DNA from: Candidatus Aenigmatarchaeota archaeon
GTDB taxonomy: Archaea > Aenigmatarchaeota > Aenigmatarchaeia > CG10238-14 > SCSR01
NCBI GenBank assembly: GCA_038998625.1
Contig: JAWADS010000001.1
Coordinates: 30,110-94,109, forward strand
Length of the DNA: 64,000 nucleotides
Direction: 5' to 3'
A program made the position numbers and the translations under genes. Below are positions 26,992 through 36,084 of this stretch, piece by piece (the first letter of the stretch is position 1; each line of letters starts with the position of its first letter). The notes below the pieces were generated by a model, which ran no database searches, was not told where the DNA came from, and worked only from the letters and a program-made list of their open reading frames with translations.

Positions 26992-27573
26992 TTATAAAAA
27001 ATAAGGTAGCAACAATAAAAATGCAATCAAAATCATTAAAAACCATAACCATGGTTTCCATGCCACAATCTTACTTCCATCCAAGGGCGGAACAGGTAGC
27101 AGATTAAAAAAAGCTAACCAAGAGTTTATTAAACTCAAAAAATCAGCATAAGTTAAGGGTATTAATGTGAAAAGCAATGCAAAAGCAATGTTAACAGCTG
27201 GACCTGCAGCAGAAATTATTCCGGATTCTTTTAAAGTTAATCTTACTGCTCTATAGCCCCATCTTCCGAATCTGAAAGGAAAAATTACAACAGCACCTGG
27301 GGCAGCAAATTTAAATCTACCAAAAGTTATGATGGCCGTTAATAAACCTAAAACTAAGCCAAAAGGCCATACTTTAAATTGAGCATGGCATCCAAATTTT
27401 TTTGCTGTAAATTTATGGGCCAATTCATGAAAAAGAAAACCTATTATTACAGCTATAAGATAAAGCAAAATTAAATCTACCCTTGAAAAAGCATGAGGAT
27501 AAGAAAAAATAATAGTTAGAGCAATAAGGGCAACGATAATATCTCTTATTTCATTTTTTTCAAAAATTTTCAT
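26992..27573 (-). CDS. Site-2 protease (M50)
   Basis: HELAH, AGPAVN, FNLLPVPPLDGSK. Confidence 0.93.
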   Translation of the reverse strand: MKIFEKNEIRDIIVALIALTIIFSYPHAFSRVDLILLYLIAVIIGFLFHELAHKFTAKKFGCHAQFKVWPFGLVLGLLTAIITFGRFKFAAPGAVVIFPFRFGRWGYRAVRLTLKESGIISAAGPAVNIAFALLFTLIPLTYADFLSLINSWLAFFNLLPVPPLDGSKIVAWKPWLWFLMILIAFLLLLPYFL

Positions 27574-27582
27574 ATTATTCCT

Positions 27583-28344
27583 TTATGTCAAAAAATATTT
27601 TAATGCTTCTTCAATATTTCCAACTTCTCTGATTTCTATTCCAGAAACTTCAGAAACCACCACTCTTTCTGGAACATATTCTATTCTGCAGTATGTAAAT
27701 CTACCAATTCTTTTACAATCTTCTACAGGCTTATAATTGGTTTGCATTCCTTGTCCAGAAGGTACTAAAAATAGTTTTGCACCTATTTGTTTAGCAGCAT
27801 TGGACTTTGCAATTATTCCACCCACTGGTCCTATAGTGCCATCAAGATTAATAGTTCCTGTTATCATAACACTTTGATTAACACTTTTGTTCTGAATGGC
27901 AGCAATGGTTGCTATAGTCAATGCAGCTCCTGCTGAAGGTCCTTCTATAATGGTGGCTTCTGTTTCCACTGAATATATTAAATCAATTTTAGAAAGATCT
28001 GCTTTCGTAAGATTTTGAGCCACATCTTTAGCTATTCTTATAGATTGTTGTGTATCTATCCAGAATAAAATTTGATTAATGTCTACAAGAACCCTTCCTT
28101 CCCCAGGCAAAACTTCTACACTTAACTTAACTGGCACTCCATTTCCTTGATTATCTATTGCCGGTACAAAAAGACTTACTTTATTTTTTGTTATGTTAGT
28201 TATTTCAAAAGTTTTGTTAGCACTAATGAGCTGAGTGCCGATATTTTGATTGGATAAAATATTTACTAATTCTAGTCTAACGATGGATAAAATTATTAAG
28301 GAAATTAAAATTAGTGAAAAAGAAATAACGTTAATTTTTTTCAT
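27583..28344 (-). CDS. Secreted Lon-like S16 serine protease
   Basis: EGPSAGAA, TGTI..DG.IGPVGGI..K (Ser-Lys dyad). Confidence 0.9.
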   Translation of the reverse strand: MKKINVISFSLILISLIILSIVRLELVNILSNQNIGTQLISANKTFEITNITKNKVSLFVPAIDNQGNGVPVKLSVEVLPGEGRVLVDINQILFWIDTQQSIRIAKDVAQNLTKADLSKIDLIYSVETEATIIEGPSAGAALTIATIAAIQNKSVNQSVMITGTINLDGTIGPVGGIIAKSNAAKQIGAKLFLVPSGQGMQTNYKPVEDCKRIGRFTYCRIEYVPERVVVSEVSGIEIREVGNIEEALKYFLT

Positions 28345-28404
28345 ACGTATTTTAATCCTTTCTTCTCTATTTAAATTTTTTCATTAATTTTTTTAATAAA
28401 GAGA

Positions 28405-28678
28405 GCGGGAGTGCGCCCTTGGTTGTTACATATCTATAAACTATTTAACCCAAATCCCCTTCTCAGCTCAGTGACTTTCAAGCACCACACTAACTAGCTT
28501 ATGGCTGCTTGGTTCCCCACCTGACCAGGTTCGCTAGTTAGTTGGCCCTGAAAGGCTGAGCCTCTTAGTTAGAGATTTGGAATAGCCTATAGATATGTAC
28601 CGCCCAAAGGCTTCGACTCGGCCATCAGGACCATTTGCCGATGTAGGCGAGGCCCAGCCGCCCAGGTCTAACTCCCGC
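28405..28678 (-). ncRNA. ffs: Archaeal SRP RNA (7S RNA)
   Basis: GC-rich; terminal helix GCGGGAG/CTCCCGC; helix-8 signature TCAGGTGG-GGAA-CCAAGCAGC. Confidence 0.9.
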
Positions 28679-28711
28679 AAAAGAAAATATACTTTCAACC
28701 AACTTAAATGT

Positions 28712-29866
28712 TTAACTTTTAAGAACTTTTTCAATTCTATTCATAGCTTCTTCAATCTTTTCATAGGCAGTAGCATAGCTTAACCTAACAAAACCCTCCC
28801 CATATTTTCCAAATTCTGTCCCTGCCACAATGATAACCTTTGCTTTTTCAAAAATGAAATCTACAAATTTTTTCGACCTCATATTAAATGCTTCAATATT
28901 TGGAAAAACATAAAATGCGCCCTTCGGCATATTGAAGCGCACCCCTGGAATTTCTGATAATCTTTTACAAATCATTTTTCTTCTTCTATCATACTCCTTC
29001 CTCATTTTTTCTACATAATTTCTGCATTTTTTTAAAGCTTCAACTGCAGCTAATTGATAAGCTGTGGGGGCAGATATAGTTGTTGCTAGTTTAAATTCCT
29101 TCATCTCCTTTATAATTTCCTTTTTTGCTACAGCATAGCCCACTCTAAATCCACACATGGCATAAGATTTAGAGAAAGTTTGTGTGGTAATGGCATAATC
29201 AAACATTCCATTCAAACTAGCTAAGCTAATATGTTTTGTATTTTCATAAGTCAGTTTTTCATATGCTTCATCAACTAAAACAAAAATATCCTTATCCACC
29301 ACAATATCAGCAATTTCTTCCAAAGTTTTCTTGTTAAGCACATTACCAGTAGGATTAGAGGGAGTATTTATTATTAAAAGTTTTGTTTTTTTAGAAATCA
29401 GTTTTTTTAGCTCTTCACAATTAACTTCAAAACCATCTTCTTCCCTCAACTTTAAATCAACGGGAATTCCGCCTAGCATTTCCACTACTGGCCTATATGC
29501 TAAATAACCTGGATTAGGAATTATTACTTCTTCTTTTGGATTTACTAAAGTTAAAACAGAAAGTAAAATAGCTTCTTTTGATCCCGTTGTTATAATAATT
29601 TCGTCAGGTGTAGCATCAATTTTATTTTCTTTTTTTAATTTTTCAGAGATGGCTTCCCGCAATTCTTTTTTGCCTTGTAGTGGAGCATAATGGGTAAATC
29701 CTTTTTTCAAAAATTTATTAGCAGCATCCACAACAACTTTTGGGGCTGGAAAATCTGGCTCTCCAGCTCCTAGAGAAATTATATCCTTTCTTTGTTCCAT
29801 TATTCTCAAGCTTTCTTCAATTTTACTAGGGCCCACAACTTTTGTTCTAAAAGCTAGTTCAGGCAT
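28712..29866 (-). CDS. PLP-dependent class I/II aminotransferase
   Basis: GEPDF, NTPSNPTG, DEAY, TFSKSYAMCGFRVGY. Confidence 0.95.
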   Translation of the reverse strand: MPELAFRTKVVGPSKIEESLRIMEQRKDIISLGAGEPDFPAPKVVVDAANKFLKKGFTHYAPLQGKKELREAISEKLKKENKIDATPDEIIITTGSKEAILLSVLTLVNPKEEVIIPNPGYLAYRPVVEMLGGIPVDLKLREEDGFEVNCEELKKLISKKTKLLIINTPSNPTGNVLNKKTLEEIADIVVDKDIFVLVDEAYEKLTYENTKHISLASLNGMFDYAITTQTFSKSYAMCGFRVGYAVAKKEIIKEMKEFKLATTISAPTAYQLAAVEALKKCRNYVEKMRKEYDRRRKMICKRLSEIPGVRFNMPKGAFYVFPNIEAFNMRSKKFVDFIFEKAKVIIVAGTEFGKYGEGFVRLSYATAYEKIEEAMNRIEKVLKS

Positions 29867-29901
29867 AATTATTATTTTTTCTTTTCTTTCAATAATAGAT
29901 T

Positions 29902-31272
29902 ATGAGCTTAGAATATTTTTTTAATCCGCAAACAGTGGCAATAATAGGAGCTAGCCATAAGCCAGGAAAAATTGGTTATACAATTCTCGATAATTTTGTA
30001 AATGGTGGTTTTCAAGGCAAAGTTTATCCTGTAAATCCCAACACAGAGCCAATATTAAATTTAAAAGTTTACCCTTCCATTAAAAAGGTTCCCGATTATA
30101 TTGATTTGGCGGTAATTGCTGTAAAAGCTGAAATTGTTCCGAAAGTTTTGAAAGAATGCGTGGAGAAAAAAGTAAAGGCTGTAGTAATAATTTCCAGCGG
30201 ATTTTCTGAGATTGGCGAAAAGGGAAAGAAATTGGAAGAAAAATTAAGAAAAATTATAAAAAATAAATCGATTAGGGTAATTGGTCCAAATGTTATTGGT
30301 GTTTATGATTCTTCCACAAAAACAGACACCTTATTTTTATCAAGGGAAAAATTGAAAAGGCCAAAGGAAGGAGGTCTTTCTTTTATATCACAATCAGGAG
30401 CAGTAGGATCTACAATTTTAGACATCCTTGCAAAAGAAAATATGGGTATAGCTAAGTTTATTTCTTATGGCAATGCTATTGATGTAAACGAAGCTGATTT
30501 AATTGAATATCTTGCTAAAGATGAAAAAACAAAAGTTATCGCAGTTTATTTAGAAGGAATAAAAGCAGATGGTAAAAAATTTATGGAGGTTGTAAGGAAG
30601 GCTAACAAAGTAAAACCAATAATCTTTTTGAAATCTGGAAAAAGTTTTCGAGGAATTAAGGCTGCAGCTAGCCATACTGGTGTCTTGGCAGGAAGTGCAA
30701 GAATTTTTTCTGCAGCCCTAAGGCAAGTTAGAGCTTTGGAAGCAAAGGAGTGGGAAGAATTTTTTGATGCTTGCAAGGTTTTGAATTCTCAACCATTACC
30801 TAAAGGCAAGGAAGTGATTATCATAACAAATGGTGGAGGTTTCGGGGTTTTAGCTACGGATGAGGCAGAAAAATTAGGTTTAGAATTGAAAGATCTATCT
30901 AAAAATTTAAAGGAAAAATTGAAAAAAAATTTTCCTGAATATGTAAGTTTTAGCAACCCATTAGATTTAACAGGTGATACCACAACAGAAAGATATAAAA
31001 TTGCCTTAGAAAACTGCCTGAAGGAATTTGATGGAGCTATTGTAATAATTTTATTTCAAGTTCCAACTTTGGATGAAAGCATTGTTGATGTTGTGGCTGA
31101 AATGCAAAAATTCAAAAAACCAATAGTTTGCTGTACTGCTGGTGGCAAATACACTGAAAAAATGATGGAAAGATTAGAAGAGAAAGGTCTGCCAGTTTTT
31201 AGTTCTCCAGAAAGAGCAGTAAGAAGTTATAATTTTTTAGTAAGGAGATTTTTACAAACCAAAAAACGATAA
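29902..31272 (+). CDS. acdA: ADP-forming acetyl-CoA synthetase, alpha subunit
   Basis: VAIIGAS, SQSGA, SHTG phospho-His, NPLDLTGD. Confidence 0.92.
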   Translation: MSLEYFFNPQTVAIIGASHKPGKIGYTILDNFVNGGFQGKVYPVNPNTEPILNLKVYPSIKKVPDYIDLAVIAVKAEIVPKVLKECVEKKVKAVVIISSGFSEIGEKGKKLEEKLRKIIKNKSIRVIGPNVIGVYDSSTKTDTLFLSREKLKRPKEGGLSFISQSGAVGSTILDILAKENMGIAKFISYGNAIDVNEADLIEYLAKDEKTKVIAVYLEGIKADGKKFMEVVRKANKVKPIIFLKSGKSFRGIKAAASHTGVLAGSARIFSAALRQVRALEAKEWEEFFDACKVLNSQPLPKGKEVIIITNGGGFGVLATDEAEKLGLELKDLSKNLKEKLKKNFPEYVSFSNPLDLTGDTTTERYKIALENCLKEFDGAIVIILFQVPTLDESIVDVVAEMQKFKKPIVCCTAGGKYTEKMMERLEEKGLPVFSSPERAVRSYNFLVRRFLQTKKR

Positions 31273-31324
31273 GCTTTATATACTTTTATTTTTCATTAGT
31301 ATAGAAATATAGGTGAACGATAAA

Positions 31325-31432
31325 ATGGCAAGACAATACGAAGATGAGGAAGAGTCGGAAGAGTCTGAAGAATCTGAGGAGGAAGAGTGGGAAGAAGAAA
31401 CTTCTGAAAGTTTCGACGAAGATTGGGAATAA
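31325..31432 (+). CDS. 35-aa extremely acidic peptide
   Basis: MARQYEDEEESEESEESEEEEWEEETSESFDEDWE; AGGTGA RBS upstream and T-rich tract downstream. Confidence 0.7.
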   Translation: MARQYEDEEESEESEESEEEEWEEETSESFDEDWE

Positions 31433-31627
31433 ATTTTTTGTATTTTTTTCTTTTTTAATTTTTCGGTAATTTTCTTTTTTGCGATAGATTATTTTTTACA
31501 CAACAATAATTCTTGATGGCTTTTTTAGTACTTATATATGTAGTCATTATTTGATGGCGACATTTATAAGGAATACCATAATGGTTTTAAAACCTTACAT
31601 CTAACTTTATTTTAGGTGATATAGAAA

Positions 31628-31915
31628 ATGGCAGTATTTGGAGGTTTAGTTGACCTCGGTGTTGCCATTCTATTGGTTGCAGCTTTAGCAGAATACTTTA
31701 AGTTTAGAGGTAAGGCAGACAAAGGATTTTCTTGGTTGGCTGTATCAGGAGTTTTCTTCGTCTTTGCAGGAACCTTCGGAACAGCAACCACATTAGGTTC
31801 ATATATAGGATCTGCTGCTTGGGGAGGACTAGGGCAACTCTTTGAGGTCTTGGGTTGGTTGTTCGCACTAGTAGGAACAATATTTGTTGCCTATCAAACC
31901 CTAGTGGAGAGATAG
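31628..31915 (+). CDS. Small 3-TM membrane protein
   Basis: AGGTGA RBS; hydrophobic helices. Confidence 0.75.
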   Translation: MAVFGGLVDLGVAILLVAALAEYFKFRGKADKGFSWLAVSGVFFVFAGTFGTATTLGSYIGSAAWGGLGQLFEVLGWLFALVGTIFVAYQTLVER

Positions 31916-32031
31916 GCCAAATTTGATTTTTCCCTTTTTCCCCCTTTTTCTTTATTCTGGTTTCTATACAACACAATAATTTCATTGAAAGCTGAATTGT
32001 TTAAATTGTCAAAAAACAAATTAATAATCAA

Positions 32032-32967
32032 ATGAATAATCGAATGCCTTTGATTATTGGAGTCCTTTCAGGTAAGGGTGGAGTGGGGAAAACTACTTTG
32101 GTATCAAATTTAGGCGCATCCTTGGCAAAAGATTTTAACAAAAAAATTATTGTTGTTGACGGAAATATTTCCGCTTCACATCTAGGTTTGCATTTAAATC
32201 TTTATGAAGATTTTAAATTTACTTTAAAAGATGTTTTAGATGGAAAAGCTCCTGTTCAACATGCAATTTATATTCATCCAAATACAGGCTTAAGGGTTTT
32301 GACGGCCCCTCTAAAAGGAGAAAATGTTAAATTAGAAAAAATTGGTAGAGTTTTGAATCAGTTGAAGAATGATTATAATCTTATTCTTGTGGATACTGCT
32401 CCTGGATTGGGTAGAGAAGTTTTAACAGTGGCAAGACATTTGGATGGCGGCATTATAGTGACAACTCCAGATTTTCCAGCAGTAAGTGATGCTTTAAGAA
32501 CTATAAAAATTTTAAAGAAAATTGGTGTAGATATTCTTGGAATAATTTTAAACAGAGTTAATGAAGAGAAATATGAATTAACAGAAAGCGAAGTGGAATC
32601 AACTTGTGAATATCCTTGCGCATTGGTTATTCCCGAAGATAAAAATGTACCTGCATCTATAGCAAAAGGAATACCATTAGTCATAGAAAAACCTAATTCT
32701 AATGCTTCTATAGCAATAAAAAAATTGGCAGCAGCCCTAATGGGAGTGGAATATCAACCAAAGAATTTTTTATACAGAGTGAAGAGATTTTTTGGTTTAG
32801 TTGACATGCAAATACCAAAGATTGTATTACCTGCCCCAAAGAAAGTTAAGTACAAAGCAATAGGGAAAAAAGAAAAAATGAGAGAGGAATTAAGAAAAGA
32901 TATAAAGGAAGAATTGAAAAAAGAATTAATTAGAAGATTGAGAGAAAAAATGGCAGAGAAGGAATGA
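32032..32967 (+). CDS. minD: MinD/ParA family ATPase
   Basis: SGKGGVGKTT deviant Walker A; VDTAPGLG. Confidence 0.88.
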   Translation: MNNRMPLIIGVLSGKGGVGKTTLVSNLGASLAKDFNKKIIVVDGNISASHLGLHLNLYEDFKFTLKDVLDGKAPVQHAIYIHPNTGLRVLTAPLKGENVKLEKIGRVLNQLKNDYNLILVDTAPGLGREVLTVARHLDGGIIVTTPDFPAVSDALRTIKILKKIGVDILGIILNRVNEEKYELTESEVESTCEYPCALVIPEDKNVPASIAKGIPLVIEKPNSNASIAIKKLAAALMGVEYQPKNFLYRVKRFFGLVDMQIPKIVLPAPKKVKYKAIGKKEKMREELRKDIKEELKKELIRRLREKMAEKE

Positions 32968-33338
32968 AGATGATGCCAAAAACTGAAAATCTTTTGGATA
33001 AGCTAGCGGATGAGATAGCAGAATTAGCTACTAATTCTGAAAAAATAGAAAGAGTTATGAAGATTTTAGAAGAGCAAGATGCCATAGAAAAGAGAAATTC
33101 AAATGATATAATTAATTTAAAAGAAAAAATTTCAATTCTTGAAGGCAAGCTTAACAAATTCCTAGAGGATTTTAAGATTTCTGTTGTGGAAGCTGAAAGA
33201 GAAATTACAGAAAGACATGAAAAAATCTTAAATGATATGGATAAGCAAATTGTTCGATTGCAGAGTCAGATAGAAGATTTGCGCACAGCAATTATAAGAA
33301 TTAGCAATGAAGTAAAAAATCTGAAAGAAAGATTATAG
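32964..33338 (+). CDS. Coiled-coil protein coupled to minD
   Basis: Heptad pattern; ATGA overlap. Confidence 0.7.
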   Translation: MKMMPKTENLLDKLADEIAELATNSEKIERVMKILEEQDAIEKRNSNDIINLKEKISILEGKLNKFLEDFKISVVEAEREITERHEKILNDMDKQIVRLQSQIEDLRTAIIRISNEVKNLKERL

Positions 33339-33353
33339 ATTTATTTTGATTAT

Positions 33354-34121
33354 TCAAGAAATATATCTTAAAATCTTCAAGTAATTTTTTGTTAACCTAT
33401 CTTTTAGGGCACCTAACTTCTTTTTAATTATTTTATCTTTTGAATAACGAATTCCGTAGTTGAAAATTTTTATCCATTGTCTAGGATTTCGTACTAATTT
33501 ACTTTTCAAAAGTCCTCCACCTCTTGGTAAAATTGGTATCGAAATTTCTCCTACTTTTAAGCCATGCTCAAGCGCCTTAAGGTTCATTTCTGTTTCTATG
33601 AGAAAGTCATTCGACTTTAGTTTCAACATCCTAAAACTATTTTTTCTTATTGCTCTAAAACCTGCGAGTGGATCTCCTTTTACATTAAAGCCAAGAATTT
33701 TAAAGAAACCTTTCATAAAAGGCATATATATAGAAAATATAAACTTGTACTTCCTATCCGAGTGTTTATTTTTCAAGTTTCTGGAAGCTAAAACTAAGTC
33801 ATATTTTTCAAGCTTATCAATAAGTTTAGGAATATACTCAGGAGGATCCGTTCCATCACCATCCAAGAATATTAATTTATCACCTCTTGCAAATTTTGCA
33901 CCTATTTTCATAGCATACCCTTTCCCTCTTTTCTTGATTTTTATGACCCTCGCTCCTAATCTTTTGGCAATAATAGGCGTCATATCTTTGGAAGAATCTA
34001 CAACTATTATTTCGGAATTCTTTTTAATCTTATTCGGAATAGAACAAAGAACTTTTGCTATAGATTCCTCTTCGTTACATGTTGGAATAATTATAGATAT
34101 AGGAATTTTTACTCTATTCAT
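33354..34121 (-). CDS. GT2 family glycosyltransferase
   Basis: IIPTCNEE, IIVVDSSKD, DGDG. Confidence 0.9.
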   Translation of the reverse strand: MNRVKIPISIIIPTCNEEESIAKVLCSIPNKIKKNSEIIVVDSSKDMTPIIAKRLGARVIKIKKRGKGYAMKIGAKFARGDKLIFLDGDGTDPPEYIPKLIDKLEKYDLVLASRNLKNKHSDRKYKFIFSIYMPFMKGFFKILGFNVKGDPLAGFRAIRKNSFRMLKLKSNDFLIETEMNLKALEHGLKVGEISIPILPRGGGLLKSKLVRNPRQWIKIFNYGIRYSKDKIIKKKLGALKDRLTKNYLKILRYIS

Positions 34122-34234
34122 GATTTTTATTTAAATTGAGATAATAAAAAATTTGAAGGAAACTCTTTATCTTTTTACATATTTTTCATTTTGATACAAA
34201 TTTCCATACTATATTGTTTAAAAATTTACATCAA

Positions 34235-34378
34235 TGCAGGGGGTGGGATTTGAACCCACGAAGGCACTAAGCCACGAGGTTTCTTATCTTCATCCTATCA
34301 GAGCTCAAGTAAACCTCTATCTTGAGCTTCGCGCAACTTTAAAATCTCGCGCCATTGACCAGGCTAGGCGACCCCTGC
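34235..34378 (-). tRNA. tRNA-Leu(CAA) with introns at 30/31 (34328-34345) and 37/38 (34281-34320)
   Basis: GCAGGGG/CCCCTGC acceptor stem, long variable arm, BHB cgcg-ag|a...cgcg-aa|g; 86 nt mature. Confidence 0.92.
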
Positions 34379-34426
34379 ATGCAATAGTAGAACACTTTAA
34401 TAAATATTTTTTTCATTTAAAAAGTC

Positions 34427-35044
34427 TTATTCCTCAACAACTCCCAGGCCAGATCTAAGTTGTTCTATCTGACTTTTGAGGTCTGCTAGTGTGGCTTCTA
34501 TGCTGGCTACTTCTTCCATATGGGGAAGTAATTCTTCTCTAAAGCCGCTAGGTCTTAGCAACTCAGAATCCAAATCCAAAATTTTTTGCTCAATTTTCTC
34601 TAAAGATTCTTGCACTAACTTTGAATTTTCTTCTCTAAGTTTATCTAATTCATTTAAAACAGCTAGGCTGTTTTTTAAAAGAACAATAGAAGTTTTCAAT
34701 TGGGCCAAATGGTTTAAAATCTGTTTATATCTATCCAATTTAACAAAAAGAGGTGCAGTTAAAACTTTTTCATGTTTCTCTTTTTCTATTTTTTCTCTAT
34801 GTACTAGAGGCTGAGTTTTTGTTTCTACTTTTGTTTCTACTTTTAGTGGAACTTTAACTTCTATTGAGGGTTCTTCCCCAGAAACTTCTTGTTGCTTGAC
34901 CTCTAATTGTTTTTGCGGTTCTGATTTTATAGGCTCTGTTTTTTGCTCATTTTGTAATTTCATTATTTCTTCAATGGTAGGCAGCTTAATGTTTTCTTCT
35001 ACCGGAGGAGCCGAAGTCTCTTTTTTCTTCCTTCCAAATATCAT
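34427..35044 (-). CDS. Hypothetical protein with C-terminal coiled coil
   Basis: Low-complexity N-terminus, PLFVKLD motif, heptads. Confidence 0.7.
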   Translation of the reverse strand: MIFGRKKKETSAPPVEENIKLPTIEEIMKLQNEQKTEPIKSEPQKQLEVKQQEVSGEEPSIEVKVPLKVETKVETKTQPLVHREKIEKEKHEKVLTAPLFVKLDRYKQILNHLAQLKTSIVLLKNSLAVLNELDKLREENSKLVQESLEKIEQKILDLDSELLRPSGFREELLPHMEEVASIEATLADLKSQIEQLRSGLGVVEE

Positions 35045-35120
35045 TGGTATCCTTAATTTCTTATTTCATTTTTTTAGATATAAGTTTTTGTTTTTACTTT
35101 CAACGATAAAAATTTTGAAA

Positions 35121-35206
35121 TGCGCCAGCCGGGATTTGAACCCGGGCCCTAAGCTTGGCAAGCTTCCACAACTTTTTATGTCCTAACCAGGCTAGACTAC
35201 TGGCGC
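35121..35206 (-). tRNA. tRNA-Gly(GCC) with 12-nt intron near 28/29 (~35165-35176)
   Basis: GCGCCAG/CTGGCGC acceptor stem; TAAGC/GCTTA restored after removing 12 nt; junction ambiguous by +/-1. Confidence 0.9.
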
Positions 35207-35217
35207 TCACCAAATTA

Positions 35218-35511
35218 TCAACCAAATATATTACCAAATCCAATATTAGCTTTATTCTCTTCTTCTTTAATTTTTCTTATTACTTTATTCTCTTCTTCTT
35301 TATTTAGAGGTTTAGATAAATCTTTAGTCGAATCTATAGCTCTTTTACACTGCTCTTCTGTCCCAGAAATATAACAGTAATGACCTTCTTTGTTTAGCAG
35401 AGTTTTAGCATCTTTAAAAATTATGCTTGCCCTTGATACAATATCATCTTTAAGTAAGATTTCCCTAACTTTTTGCAGATTTTTATTATCAATTAAAAGT
35501 ACTATTTCCAT
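35218..35511 (-). CDS. Conserved archaeal hypothetical protein
   Basis: AGGAG RBS; C-terminal GFGNIFG motif. Confidence 0.7.
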   Translation of the reverse strand: MEIVLLIDNKNLQKVREILLKDDIVSRASIIFKDAKTLLNKEGHYCYISGTEEQCKRAIDSTKDLSKPLNKEEENKVIRKIKEEENKANIGFGNIFG

Positions 35512-35617
35512 AAAATTTTCTCCTTAATTACTATTTATCACTATTTTGTTATAAAAAGCTTTAAGTTTTCGTAAGATTTAAAAGGCTTATTTTTCAAATA
35601 AGAATTTAAGACCAAAC

Positions 35618-35863
35618 ATGTTAACAAAAATAATAGGGTTGTATTTAATATTTGATGGGATAGTAAGCTGGCTGATATATAAAAGGCAGAAAATACTAAT
35701 ATTGGGCAAAAAGATTGTATCACTTTATCCCTTTAGCAAACATCATAAGATAAGAAACAAGGGAATAGTTAAAACAGTAAAACAAGATTTAAACGAGCAC
35801 CTACCTAGATTCTTTAGAGTAATACTAGGCTTTACTTTGGTAGTTACACCTCTACCAATATAA
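35618..35863 (+). CDS. Small hypothetical membrane protein
   Basis: ATG ORF with hydrophobic termini filling an intergenic gap. Confidence 0.5.
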   Translation: MLTKIIGLYLIFDGIVSWLIYKRQKILILGKKIVSLYPFSKHHKIRNKGIVKTVKQDLNEHLPRFFRVILGFTLVVTPLPI

Positions 35864-35925
35864 TATCCTGAATTCTTGTTTCCAGTGAGAGGTTTGCCTT
35901 TTTCTTCTATTTTTTAATTTTCAAA

Positions 35926-36011
35926 AGCCCCGAGTGGGATTTGAACCCACGACCCAGTGCTTACGAGGCACTTAAGCTTAAATTTGCTCTACCAGACTGA
36001 GCTATCGGGGC
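35926..36011 (-). tRNA. tRNA-Thr(CGT) with 12-nt intron at 27/28 (35972-35983)
   Basis: GCCCCGA/TCGGGGC acceptor stem; BHB gagc-aa|a...gctt-aa|g; U73. Confidence 0.92.
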
Positions 36012-36084
36012 GAAGAGTTGTGCACATGAAATTATAATATCTTTCGAAGCGATATTTATTTATAGCCATATTTTTGGTGATCTT

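Noticed and set aside
28405..28678. RNase P RNA as the identity of the GC-rich ncRNA
   Set aside because: No GAGGAAAGTCC or AGAA..CGGCTTA P4 signatures; the SRP helix-8 motif is present.
28534..28783. Short ORFs 28534-28734 and 28595-28783
   Set aside because: They overlap the SRP RNA gene.
33460..34134. 224-aa antisense ORF and the many other opposite-strand ORFs in the track
   Set aside because: They are mirror frames of well-supported genes and carry no motifs.
34281..34320. Nested or tandem introns at 37/38 in Leu and Gln
   Set aside because: The inner antisense segment forms a continuous helix rather than a BHB and is followed by CTGA...ATGAAGA in both introns. A guide RNA explains this better, though nesting is not formally excluded.
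34234..34458. 74-aa ORF on the plus strand
   Set aside because: Antisense to tRNA-Leu.
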